Positions 50,181-61,319 of a stretch of 64,000 nt of DNA are shown in pieces. A model generated the notes under the pieces. The model saw only the letters and a list, made by a program, of their open reading frames with translations. It had not been told where the DNA came from and searched no databases. Where the stretch lies: assembly GCF_030028105.1 (NCBI RefSeq), contig NC_092387.1:8399305-8463304 (forward strand), read 5' to 3'. Positions within the stretch are counted from its first letter, which is position 1. Every line of letters begins with the position of its first letter. This DNA comes from Mobula birostris. Its lineage: Eukaryota. The position numbers were made by a program, and so were the translations under genes.

Positions 50181-52159
50181 TTTCTTTCCCTCAATCCCAC
50201 CTCTTGTCCGCCATTACCGGACCCACACGACCCCCTCCCAGCAATTTCCGTTCCTTCCCCACTCTCTTTCCCTCAACAGGTTCCAAAACACATCAAGCAA
50301 AACACAGCCGGCTTCCAGTCAAGCCAACTCCCAACCAACCTAAGTTCTGGGGAAAAGTTTGTGTGCATTCATCCTATTTATGTCTCTCATAATTGTATGC
50401 ACCTGAGATCATTCTCAGCCTCCCATGCTCTAAGCAATAAATTAATAGCCATCCCAACCTCTCCTTTGACCTAATCCCTCAAGACCTAGCAACATCCATG
50501 TAAGTATTTTCTGCATTCTTTCTGGCTTAATGGAATCTTTCCTATAGCAGGGTGACCAAAACTGAACACAAGCCTCACCAACATCTTGTACACTTGCACT
50601 ATAACATCCTAACTTCTCTACTCAGTGTCCTAACCAATGAAGAACAGTGCGCCAAAATCAGTTGGCGAGCAGATAGTGAAGTTTCTCTGGAAATACTCTT
50701 TTTTTTTCTTCTTAAAAATAATGTACTGGGAACTGAAAAGATTCAGTATAAAGAGTGTAGCCTTTCCACATTATTATTCTTTGAAGAGGAGCTTGAACCT
50801 GCCTCAAGAGGGTAGCATTAGTGAACTGCTTTAGAAGAGCCGTTGATGTCATAAGAATGCAGTAAAGTTGTGAAGATCCCAGCGAGTGAAAGCCAGGTGA
50901 TCTATTTTGGCCACAGGGGTGATAAGTTGAGGGGCTCTCAGCAGTAACTCCTGCTAGAGAGGGAACTTAATGTGTCTGGGTCAAGCACCTTCACAGCATT
51001 GGGCTAGAACTGTGATAGCTCTCCTGATTGAAAAAACAGTTATTGCTAGCTCTTTAGACTCGAACTGTGAGGGTGACAATTTGAGGGAAATTCCCAGAAA
51101 AATACACGTGATTGTGAAATGGTACACAAACTTTTTCTATCAGGAGGATAAGTTTTGATGAAGGATTTTTGGCCTAAAGTGTTAACTGTTTTTTCTTTGC
51201 CATAGATGCTGTGTGTTACTCTGGACTTCTGGCATCTGCAGAATATCTTGTGTTTAAGGGATTGAGAATTTTTGTAACTCCCTGCTTCAAAAGGCAATGG
51301 AAATAAAGTCTTTACATAATTTTAAGACTGAGGTAGATAAATACCTGGTGAGGAAAGATTACTGAAGGTAGGTGGAATTCAGTGCTGATGTTACAGTCAG
51401 ATCAGCCAAGATCTTATAAAATGGTGGAGCAGGCTTGAGGGACCAATTGTTTGTTTATGTTTTGGAAAACAGTAAGTTTGGAGCTGTAGCAGATGAGATG
51501 GAGACTTTCTGAAGTGATATGCAGTTAAATTTTCCCTACTGTATAGATTAGAGATAAAGGTTAGCTTTGTTTGTCACTTGTACAGAGAAACTTAAGAGTG
51601 AAATGTGTCATTTATGTCAATGACCAACAGAGTCTGAGGATGTGCTGGAGCAGCCTTTAAGTGTCACCATGTTTCCTGTGCCAACAGAGCGTGACCACAA
51701 TTTTTAACCCTTACCAATCCATATATGGGAGGAAACACACGCAATCACTAGAAGAATGAAAAAAATTCCTTACATTGAGCGGCAGAATCTTTCAGCTGGT
51801 GCTGTAAAGCGTAAACCCTACGTTAACCACTACACTTCTGTGCCTCCTATACATTTGTCATATACTGTACATACAGAATGTTTACTTCAAGCAGTGAGAT
51901 GTTAGCCCAGGCGGCGAGGTGTTAGCCCAGGCAATGCAGGTCTCTTAGACAGACATGGATTAATCTAGCTCATTTATCTCATTAAGTGAATCCCAGCTCA
52001 TTGAAAAACCTCTCCAATCAAAGGATTTCAAAGTACATTTATTATCAAAGAATGTATAAATTATACAACCTTGAGATTTGTTTGCTTACAGGCAGCCGCG
52101 AAACCCTCCATATTTGCAATTCTTTCTCCTTCACACATCCAGACTGATCATGTCAAAGA

Positions 52160-52780
52160 TTTGGCATGTTATCTAGAACACTGACAAAGTCCTATGGATG
52201 TGTGGTAGAGAGTATATTGACTGGCTGCATCACAGTCTGGTATGGAAGCACCAGTGACCTTGTATGGAAAAGCTTAGAAACAGTCGTGGATACAGCCCAG
52301 TCCATCATGGGTAAAGCCCTTTCCACCATTGAGCACATCTACATGGAACACTACATCTGTCTTCAAGGAACCCCACTATTCAAGCCATGCACTTTTTTGC
52401 TGCTGCCATCAGGAAGAAGATACAGGAGCCTCAGGACCCATACCACCAGGTTCAAGAACATATATTACCCCTCAACCATCAGGCTCTTGAACCAGAGGGT
52501 ATAATAACTTCACTCACCCCAACACTGAACTGTTCCCACAACCTATGTTCTCACTTTCAATGACTCTTCACCTCATTATCTCAATATTTATTGCTTATTT
52601 ATTATTATTTTTCTTCTTTTTGTATTTGCAGAAGGTTGTCTTTTACTCGTTGGTTGTTTGTTCTGGGAGTGGTGTTTCATTGATTCTTTGTGTTTCTTAT
52701 ATTTACTGTAAATACCCACAAGAGAATGAACGTCAGAGTTGTGTATGGTGAAATATATGTATTTTGAACTTTTGAATGTT
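52160..52780 (+). mobile_element. Rex1/L2-group LINE 3' fragment
   Basis: ORF 52166..52504 VESILTGCITVWYG...LLPSGRRYRSLRTHTTRFKN; a similar fragment lies at about 56850-57270. Confidence 0.75.
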
Positions 52781-52948
52781 CCTTGCTTCCATTGCTCTTT
52801 CTGAGTCCCAACCCACAATCTCTGTGTGAAGTACACTGCATAGGTTGAATAGAAAATGTCTTCTACAATGATACTTTTAACCTCTCTGATTGTAATTTGA
52901 ATGTTTGCCAGTGGGATTGCTGGGATTTATTTTTCTATCTGTCTGAAG

Positions 52949-53004
52949 GTGTTTCCCGAATCCTGTCACATGAAGCTGGAGTTACAGATGTGGTCGTCTT
53001 GCAG
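52949..53004 (+). CDS. HDDC3: HDDC3/MESH1 exon 2
   Basis: aag|GT...CAG|gtaaat, 56 nt; (G)VSRILSHEAGVTDVVVLQ. Confidence 0.92.
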
Positions 53005-53741
53005 GTAAATGTATTGCAAATCTTTTTTTACTCCCACTGAGCCCATCTTGGCTGCTTAAAGAATTTTGGAGGACTGTTGTCCAGCATTGACAAACAGCTC
53101 CCTTTATATATTACAGAGACATTTAAGCAGAGTAACAGGCCATTCACTCCAGAGGGCTCTGTTGTGCACTTGCAAGTTGTGCCCCACACAAACTTCCCCT
53201 CTGAGCCTAAAGATCCTTTAAGATTTGTGATTAACTTGGTAGAAACTACTTTATTTCATGGTGCTGAGTTGTTTGGTAACATTTTATTGTAAGACTCAAT
53301 CCTGGGAAATTAGAGTCAATCGCATCACAATTGCCTCGAACTTCAGTATCATGATACCGTAGCAGCTGGTGTAGCACTATTTCAGCACCAGCGACCCAAG
53401 ATCAGTTCAGCTGCTGCCTGTAAGGAGCTTGTATGTTCTGTCCATGACCATATGGGATTCCTCCAGGTGCTTTGGTTTCCTCCCACATCCCAAAATGTAT
53501 GGGTAAGTAGGGTCAGATGGGTGTAATTACGTGGCGCAGGCTCATTGGGCCAGAAGGGCCTGTAACTGTGCTGTATCTCTAAATAAAATAAAAATAATGC
53601 AAGACATCACAGGATAAACAAATGACAGTGTTTGAACCTGATATCAGAGCTGCATGTGTTACCAACCATGTACTAACCAGGTTGCTAGTCATTGACTGAC
53701 GATAATTCAGCTGCCAGGATCTTCTTGTGCTCTTCCTCAAG

Positions 53742-53982
53742 GCGGCACTTCTCCATGACACTGTTGAGGATACTGACACCACACTAGAGGAGATCGAGGA
53801 GAAGTTTGGAGAGAAGGTTCGGAGTATCGTTGCTGAGGTGACGGACGATAAATCACTTTCAAAGGCGGCACGGAAGAAGCTTCAGATCCAGCACGCACCT
53901 CACTGCAGCCGTGAAGCCAAACTGGTGAAACTGGCGGACAAACTGTACAATCTGCGGGATCTCAAACGTTGCACACCCAAAG
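53742..53982 (+). CDS. HDDC3: HDDC3/MESH1 exon 3 (HD motif)
   Basis: caag|GCG...AAAG|gtcagt; AALLHDTVEDTDTT...EVTDDK...AKLVKLADKLYNLRDL. Confidence 0.95.
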
Positions 53983-54042
53983 GTCAGTGCCACTCTAACA
54001 CGGTCTGGGTATAAGCCCGGATCGCTGTCTCTGAGCATGTCT

Positions 54043-54539
54043 TAATGAGGCCACTCTCAGGTTGGAGGATCAACACCTCATATTCCATCTGGGTAGCGCC
54101 CAACCTCACAGCATGAACATTGATTTCTGCCCCGTCCTCCTTTTTCCACTCCCCTCTTATCCCTTCTCTTTTCCTCAGCTGCCCATCAACTCTGGTTCGC
54201 TGTCTCCCATGCTCCACTCTCCTATCAGATTCCTTCTCCTTCAGTCCTTTACCTCTTTCACCTATCAGATTCCAGGTTCTCATTTCAACCCCTCCCCCAT
54301 GCACCTACCTTCCCCCTTGCTTGGTCTCCTGTTTCACCTTCCAGCTTGTACCCTATTCCCACCCTGCCCCACCTTCTTATTCTGTCTTCTTCCCCCTTCT
54401 TTTCCAGTCCTGATGAAGGGTCTTGGCCCGAAACATCGACTGTTTATTCCCCTCCATAGATGCTGCCTGACCTGCTGTGTTCCTCCAGCATTTTGTGTGT
54501 GTTGCTCTGGATTTCCAGCATCTGCAGAATCTCTTGTGT
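54043..54539 (+). mobile_element. Penelope-like element 3' fragment in HDDC3 intron 3
   Basis: GIY-YIG tail (RLEDQHLIFHLGSAQPHSMNIDF) followed by pLTR with a hammerhead motif. Confidence 0.8.
54405..54442 (+). ncRNA. Minimal type I hammerhead ribozyme motif
   Basis: CAGTC-CTGATGA-AGGGTCTTGGCCC-GAAA-CATC|GACTG; 5-bp stem I; the stem III palindrome is broken by a CpG-type G->A change. Confidence 0.6.
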
Positions 54540-54703
54540 ATAAGCAAAACAGGTTGGATTTGTCCACAAAAGTGTCCCTGCAGCAAAATGTCTAGCACAG
54601 AGCAGTGTGATAATATGGCAGGGGGTCATTCTGAAAGGAATGGATTGTACCAGAGGGTTAAGGAACCTCTATCTCACCTGACTTCTGTTGAATCATCATT
54701 CAG

Positions 54704-54837
54704 GGTGGACGGAGAAAAGAGTTGAAGAATATTTTGTCTGGGCTTCCAAAGTAATTGCTGGACTCCGAGGAACCAGTCAAGCCTTAGAAAACAGCTTGGA
54801 CGCACTGTTCAAAGAAAGAAACATTTTCACTCAGTAA
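54704..54837 (+). CDS. HDDC3: HDDC3/MESH1 exon 4 (last coding exon)
   Basis: ttcag|GG; (G)WTEKRVEEYFVWASKVIAGLRGTSQALENSLDALFKERNIFTQ-TAA. Spliced CDS 543 nt = 180 aa; AATAAA at 55013 and 55092. Confidence 0.93.
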
Positions 54838-55419
54838 TGGGCACTGCTGTCTTTTTCAATGAACATAAAATAAGGATTGTTTACTGTAAAATGAACAAAT
54901 TAAAATATCTATCTTGTCCTGAGGTAAAACTAAATATTTCTTTCTTCCTAATGTTCGTCCTTAAGGCTGAGTAAAGTGGTACTTGAGTTCTTCTCTGCTT
55001 ATATCTATTTGAAATAAATGTTGGTTATTTAGTTTGACTCACTGTGTTGTATCGTTTCACTGAAATGATTCTTCATAATTTGATTGTAAAGAATAAATAA
55101 GTGGCCCCTCTTCAAAGTTTATCTTTCATTTTTCACCATCAAAGATCTTAGGTAGGTGTTATTTGATTGGAGGGCTTTTCAGAAGCTATTTCTGTAAAGC
55201 TTTAAACCCTCTCCGAGTTTGATCTTTCACGCAGTCAATTTTCACACAAAAAAATCAGAACATTGAAGTTTCTTAACAGTTTTTTTTTTGCTTTATGTGG
55301 AATGCATTGTCTACTTAAAGAAACAATCCACCCACCCACGTACAGTTGGCTGTGCCTCCTGATGCTCCTGTCTGCCCATGGTGACAGGTTGGCGGAATGT
55401 AGTTCAACAAGGTTAGAGT

Positions 55420-55730
55420 GGTAGTTATCATCTATGTCAACTTTGGGCAAGCTGCCACGTGATAGGTTAGATCATGTGGGATAAAAATTAGCTTGGTGGT
55501 GGGAGTTAGAGTGGTGGTGAAGGACTGGAGATCTGTGAGCAGTAGCGTGTTGCAGGGACTGGTGATGGGCCCACTGTTGTTTGTCATCCACATTAATAAT
55601 TTGGTTGGAAATGTAGCTGACATGGTTAGTAAGTTTTGCAGATGATGCCAAAATTGGTGTTATAGTGAAGAAGGTTTGCTAAGATTCCAACAGGATCTAG
55701 ATCAATTATAAAAATGGGCTAAGGAACAGC
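55420..55730 (+). mobile_element. CR1 LINE RT fragment
   Basis: gcagggactggtgatgggcccactgttgtttgtcatcc...tttgcagatgatgccaaaattgg (QG..GP and FADD motifs). Confidence 0.65.
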
Positions 55731-58596
55731 AGATGTCCTTCTGTTCTGAGGCTGCCTCTCCTACTATTGGAAATAAATAGATTTACAGTGCAAATTAATA
55801 AAATCATTCTAGGCATTCCTAGAGTATGGTCGGCACAACATTGTGGGCCGAAGGGTCTGTAATGTGCTGTAGATTTCTATGTTCTATGTGCACTGGAATA
55901 TTAACTGTGTGTGCATGTCTATCGCTCTCTCTCTCTCCTCAGTTGCTGCCGTGTCCACTGAGCTTTTTGGCATTTTCAAATTTTATATGATTTCCAGCAT
56001 CTGCAGTTTTTCTGATAAATGTTGGTGACAGGGTGGAAAAAAAAAAGAAAAATTAAAGATCTGGATTCTCTGGCATCATTCCCACTCCTTTTCAGACATC
56101 CTGAAGTCTTTACATCCAATTAAGTACAGTAGTTCTAACATGTAATCACTGACGTGAAGAATTAAATGAAATGACAATGTTTTAGGGTGATTGAGGGATA
56201 AATACTGGCTGTTCACACAGATATCTCTGTGAGAGATTGACTGGAAGTGTTGACTGTGCTCCTCTCTCTACAGTTGCTGCCTGACCTGCTGAGAATTTCC
56301 AGTGTTTTTTTCAGTCAGATTTCCAGTATTTGCAACACACACAAAATGCTGGAGGAACTCAGCAGGTCAGGAAGCATCAATGGAGGGAAATGGTCAGTCG
56401 ATGTTTCGGGCCAAGACCTTTCTTCATGATTGGAGAAGAGGAAGAAAACTTTCCTTAGGGAAGGCAGAGCTTGAAGAGACTTTGCAGTGCAGCAACAAAA
56501 CTCCTGTCCAGTCCTGATGAGATGTTGACTGTCAATTTCCTGCCATAGACGCTGAGTTCAAGAGTGCATGTTAGCATAGTGGTTTGCATAACGTCTTGCT
56601 GCACCAGCAACCCAGGTTCAATTACCACCACTGTCTGTATGTTCTTCCTGTGACTGTGTGGGCTTACTCCAAGTGCTCAGGTTTCCACACAGTCCAAAGA
56701 CATATGGGTTAGGGTTAGTGAGATGTGGGCATGCTACGCTGGCGCCAGAAGAATGGCGACACTTGCAGGCTGCCCCCAGCACATCCTTGGCATCAGTTGG
56801 GCATTGATGCAATGACATGTTTCAATGTACATGTGACATATGCAGCTAATCTCCACACTCCAGCGGATTGTCGGCACCCAATTGCCCACCATTGAGAACA
56901 TCTATCATAAACGCTGCCTGGGCAGGGTGAAAAGCATTATCAAGGACGCATCTCACCGTAACCATGGACCTTTTTACTCTCCTCCCATTCGGTAGGCGCT
57001 ACAGGAGCCTCCGCTCCTGCACCAGCAGGCACAGGAAAAGCTTCTTCCCTGAGGCTGTGACCCTACTGAACCTCTCATCACAGTGCTAAGCAGTATTGCA
57101 CCCATATTGTACTGTCTCAGTACTTTTATATTTGTGTGCTGTAGCACTTTTTTTATTTGCAGTTATTTTGTAAGTAACATTATTCTTTGCATTTCTGGTC
57201 AGATGCTAAATGCATTTCATTGGCTTTGTATCTGTACTCGGCATAATGACAATAAAGTTGAATCTAATCTAACCTCTTTCTCCAGCATTGCGTGTGTGTT
57301 GTTCAGGAGTTTTGGATTTGCAGTTTTTTTGCTCAAAACCTGAATGTGCTGCATTCAGTGGTGGCGAGGTAATTTTGTTCTTCCTCCACAGAGGCTGTCT
57401 GACCTGCTGAATGTGAGGGACGGCATGAACGGCGGGAGAGCAGTCACTGAAGATGAGCCTGAGCCCCAGGTGTATGTGCGGTGGGAGCAGTCCATCCCAG
57501 CATGGTGGTTTACACTGGACCTAGGAGACAGGGTTGCCAGATTGAACTTTTAATTTAAAGCCAAACAATACTAGAAAAAACCAGAAAATAGCCAAACAAA
57601 TTTCAGTATATTTTTCATACTCACATCACATGAAAAGCAGGTCATTACTATCCTCTTCGCTGGAATGAGTGGAACATACGGCATAAACCTTGTCTGATGT
57701 GAAGTTTTTTAGCATTTCTGGAGATGCAGTGAAGTCTTTGCAACATTTGCTTTGAAAGCAATAGTTCTGCCCTGGTTCTCACAGTAGCATCAGAAGGTTC
57801 AGCTGCATTCTGTCTCTTACCTTCGTTTTAACGGAGGATACAAGAGGAAATATCCTCTCAACTACAGCATTGCTGACAGGGGTTATTAGGCAAGTAAGGG
57901 CAAAGGTAGAGACCTCTTTAAATGCCTGATGCTGAAGTACACCAGTCCAAAACACTTCAGTGTCTGTAGGGAGTCCATCTTTCTTAAATGCACCTTCTTC
58001 TTTCCAATCCACAAAAGGCATCTTTCTGTATTGTTCTTCAATAGTGCTGACGTTGTTTCCGGCAGGGTGTATAAAGGGTAACTCGGAAAACATGGGCCTT
58101 GAAACTTGATTTAAAATTATCACAGGGCTTGGTTTTAATAAACCTTCAAATGTATCTCTCACCGACGGAAGTCTACAGGTAACTTGACTGAGAGCTTCTT
58201 CTAGCATAGATATACATCTTTCTTTGACATTTTTTATTTCTAGATGGGCCTCAGCACTGTTGTTCTGCTGTAGGAACTTATCACTTGCTGTTAAGAATTT
58301 GATACCAAAATCAACTTCATGAATTTTTTTTCTGTCTTTTGGCATCATACAGTCTGTTCTGAAGACCCTTCTGGTGTAAGAATATTTGTTGCTACAATTC
58401 ATGAAGATCAGCTTTGGTTTGCTGAAAAAGGCCATTCAGTCTTTCAAATCCCTGCACAACAGGTGTTGCAAACTGAAAGAACAAGTAGTTTTTGTAGTCT
58501 GACAACATTTCCTTTAGGAGTCTTGCTTTGAATTTTGTATCAAACTTTGATTGGGCTAGTTCAGCAGAAATGAAATAAGCCTTTAGCTCTTCCCAG

Positions 58597-59226
58597 TGTT
58601 ACGAAATGTAACATTTCAGAAATAATCCAACAGCAAGAGATTTCACACTGTCGGGTTTTAATGTTAAAACCACTATCTTTATTAGTATCTACTTACAATA
58701 TCGTAACTTAACCAAGATAAACAAATGTTAACAGTGTTATTTGTGTAATATAGCTCCCAAACTAAGTTAAACTTGGGGAAACAAAGCTTAGAGTCTTGAG
58801 ATGGTAAAGTAGGAAAGTTCAGTTCATCCACGGAATGAATGATAGCAGAGAGATATTTGTAATCCAGGGTGAAACGTAGAGAAGAGGTAATTATGAAGTA
58901 TTCTACGGATTCCACGATGGTAAAACGAGATAACAGTCGCTGTAGATCTTGTCCGTCATCGTTCCAAATCCACATACAAGTTATCACCGAAAGTGATCTG
59001 TCACAGGGATATCGTCTTCAAGGGATTACCACACAACATACCCAGGCAAGAGTTAACACATAAGTAGTCTCTACAGGATATCCCAAACAAAATCCACTCC
59101 TTTGGATTATACGAAGTGACAGTCCCACATTCGTTGTGCACCATGTGCCGATATTTAACCCAATCTTTTGGGCTTGAAAGAGTTTGAAACCATCGCAGTG
59201 ACCAGTTGAAGTTTCAGCAGCTGATC

Positions 59227-59264
<38 letters not shown>

Positions 59265-59396
59265 ACTGACTGACTGTGTCCTTGTTTTAAAGTTAACAAG
59301 CTGCAAGTCAGTCAGTGAACAACATCATAGTCCCGCCTTATTTAGGCGCTCTTAAAGAGACAATCCACAGTAAACGAAACCTGTGGGTTCGTAACA
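58597..59396. mobile_element. Solo LTR inserted in the hAT transposase
   Basis: TGTTACGA...TCGTAACA perfect 8-bp inverted ends; 4-bp TSD ccag/ctag; removing it restores N-W-EELKAYF. Confidence 0.8.
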
Positions 59397-59539
59397 CTAG
59401 TTCATCAAAATATTAATCATAACCTATCCACACACAAGCCACCGAGTAAACGAAGGGTTTTCAAAGGGGAGGGGGGCAGTTTGGGTTAGCTCAAATTCTG
59501 TAGCTGTGTCCATCACTCCAAACAATTCTTTGTATGCTT

Positions 59540-59735
59540 GCAACACACACAAAAATTGCTGGTGAGTGCAGCAGGCCAGGCAGCATCTATAGGAAGAGGT
59601 ACAGTCGACGTTTTGGGCCGAGACCCTTTGTCAGTCTTGTACCTCTTCCTATAGATGCTGCCTGGCCTGCTGCGTTCACCAGCAATTTTCGTGTGTGTTG
59701 CTTGAAATTCCAGCATCTGCAGATCTCCTCGTGTC
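59540..59735. mobile_element. Palindromic Penelope-derived mini-element in the hAT transposase
   Basis: Inverted pLTR arms; flanking repeat tgtatgctt / tatatgctt. Confidence 0.75.
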
Positions 59736-60795
59736 TATATGCTTCTTGTCTTAATTCACTATGGCAAAACCAATTGGGTATTCTGATAGCAAAAATCCAA
59801 TACCCTGTATTTGATGGTAGCTTGAATACTGCATATTGAATGCACAGTGCCAAAGAATGACAGAGCCATTTGAGTTGCAAACAGAAAGGAGACACATCTT
59901 TTAGTCTGGGCCACACAGAGTTGTTGCACCCAACCATGTTTGATGCACGAGCCGATGCAAAACCAATGTAATTTGCAAGACTCTGGCCACATCGTTTGAT
60001 CTCATCAATCAAATTGAATATGTTATCTAAACCTAGAAATCCAGTTACAATTTCCTTTGTCCTATCGCTTAAAAATCGAACTAAAATACACAAGTGTTTT
60101 TGTGTTGAAATGTCAGTAGATTCATCTATAATGATGACATATTTCTTGTTCTGAAAGTCATCAATGAGATCAGTTTTCAGTGCAGGAGAAATGATGTTTT
60201 TGATTAAGCATGCACATTTAGTTTTATGTAACTTAATGTGCTCCAGTATACTCCAATGCCTATGCGCTATCATGATGTCACTCAGAACTGTATGTATCGC
60301 ACAATAGCAGGTCATGCTTACAGCGATTTGCAGCTCTGCTGCCTTAACTTTATCCATCTTGCCTAGCAGTCTGTCTTACATGACTGGCCTTTTGATGGCG
60401 CTCTCCGCCTGTGTGTCTCCGATTTTTCATGATTTGAAAGGTTGCTAATTCTTGGTACAATGGTGCAGTGGCACAATTTACAATAAGCTGCCTCCGATCC
60501 ATCAGCAGCTTTTTGGACTCATACAAATGTTTGTCCCCATTTGCTATTGTACTTAACGATTGCTATCGTAAGAAGCTTTCCATTTCTTTGACGACTTGGC
60601 CATGGGTGTTGATAACAAATGATTTATTGAAACAGCCGAAGGCGTCACAGTTTCACCACAAGAAAGTACACTTCCCGGTCGATTTGTATGATTATAAATC
60701 ACATCCAAACACTCCGGAGGTCCGAGACAAACCGCACCCGGCCGTGACCGTCCCGTGTCGCCAACTCGCCGGTTGGCGCCGGGTGAAACCTGTTG

Positions 60796-60860
60796 CTAGG
60801 AGACAGGCGGCCGGAAGCGACTGTCGTTACCCGGAAGCGGTTTTGCGGAAGGATGGCGGC
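60796..60860 (+). promoter_or_regulatory. VPS33B core promoter: tandem ETS/GABPA sites and YY1-like motif
   Basis: CCGGAAG at 60811 and 60831, GCGGAAG at 60845, GATGGCGGC over the ATG; CpG-rich. Confidence 0.6.
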
Positions 60861-60942
60861 CCGCCGCGATGCCCCTGACCTGCCGGACTTAGACATCTTG
60901 AAACGTCTCGCCCGGGACCAGTTGATCTACTTGTTGGAGCAG
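60853..60942 (+). CDS. VPS33B: VPS33B exon 1
   Basis: [30 protein letters not shown]; CAG|gtgggt donor. Confidence 0.93.
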
Positions 60943-61080
60943 GTGGGTGGGGGGAGAGCGCAGCCGTCTCAGGGGCCTCGTCCGACACCGGCTGAGCCCT
61001 GATTAAGTGTATCGGGGGGAGTATGGACGGGTAAAGGTGGGGAAGTGACAGGTACCGATCGGTCTGCGGTTAACAGGAGA

Positions 61081-61319
61081 GACGGATAATGGAGGTGGGT
61101 GGGGGGGGAGGTTGACGGATAATGGAGGTGGGTGGGGGGGGAGGTTGACGGATAATGGAGGTGGGTGGGGGGGGAGGTTGACGGATAATGGAGGTGGGTG
61201 GGGGGGAGGTTGACGGATAATGGAGGTGGGTGGGGGGGGAGGTTGACGGATAATGGAGGTGGGTGGGGGGGGAGGTTGACGGATAATGGAGGTGGGTGGG
61301 GGGGGAGGTTGACGGATAA
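61081..61319 (+). repeat. G-rich minisatellite, 32-33-bp unit x ~7.3
   Basis: Unit gacggataatggaggtgggtg(7-8)aggtt, starting at 61081, 61114, 61147, 61180, 61212, 61245, 61278 and 61311. Confidence 0.95.

Larger units (their letters stand above)
45051..50338 (-). mobile_element. Near full-length I-group (Nimb-like) LINE in HDDC3 intron 1
   Basis: ORF1 plus ORF2 (APE, RT, RNase H, C-terminal zinc motif); (ACAG)n 3' tail; imperfect ~20-bp TSD cctaactttggggaaaagtt (45031-45050) / cctaagttctggggaaaagtt (50339-50359) within a CR1 fragment. Confidence 0.92.
57529..60795 (-). mobile_element. Decayed hAT transposon (Charlie/ZNF862-like transposase), head-to-head with VPS33B
   Basis: TIR CAGGGTTGCCAGA at 57529; transposase remnants: BED finger, IIDESTDIS, CHSLAL, WEELKAYF, hATC domain PVSNAVVERIF. 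CTAGGAGA occurs at 57521-57528 and 60796-60803 (possible 8-bp TSD); the upper boundary is uncertain (60758-60795). Confidence 0.85.

Noticed and set aside
44252-54837. HD-domain (RelA/SpoT-like) hydrolase as a bacterial or horizontally acquired gene
   Set aside because: It is split into four GT-AG exons and matches the ordinary metazoan HDDC3/MESH1.
57779-60357. Domesticated ZBED/ZNF862-like gene
   Set aside because: Frameshifts, stops and two nested insertions (solo LTR, Penelope mini-element) disrupt the transposase.
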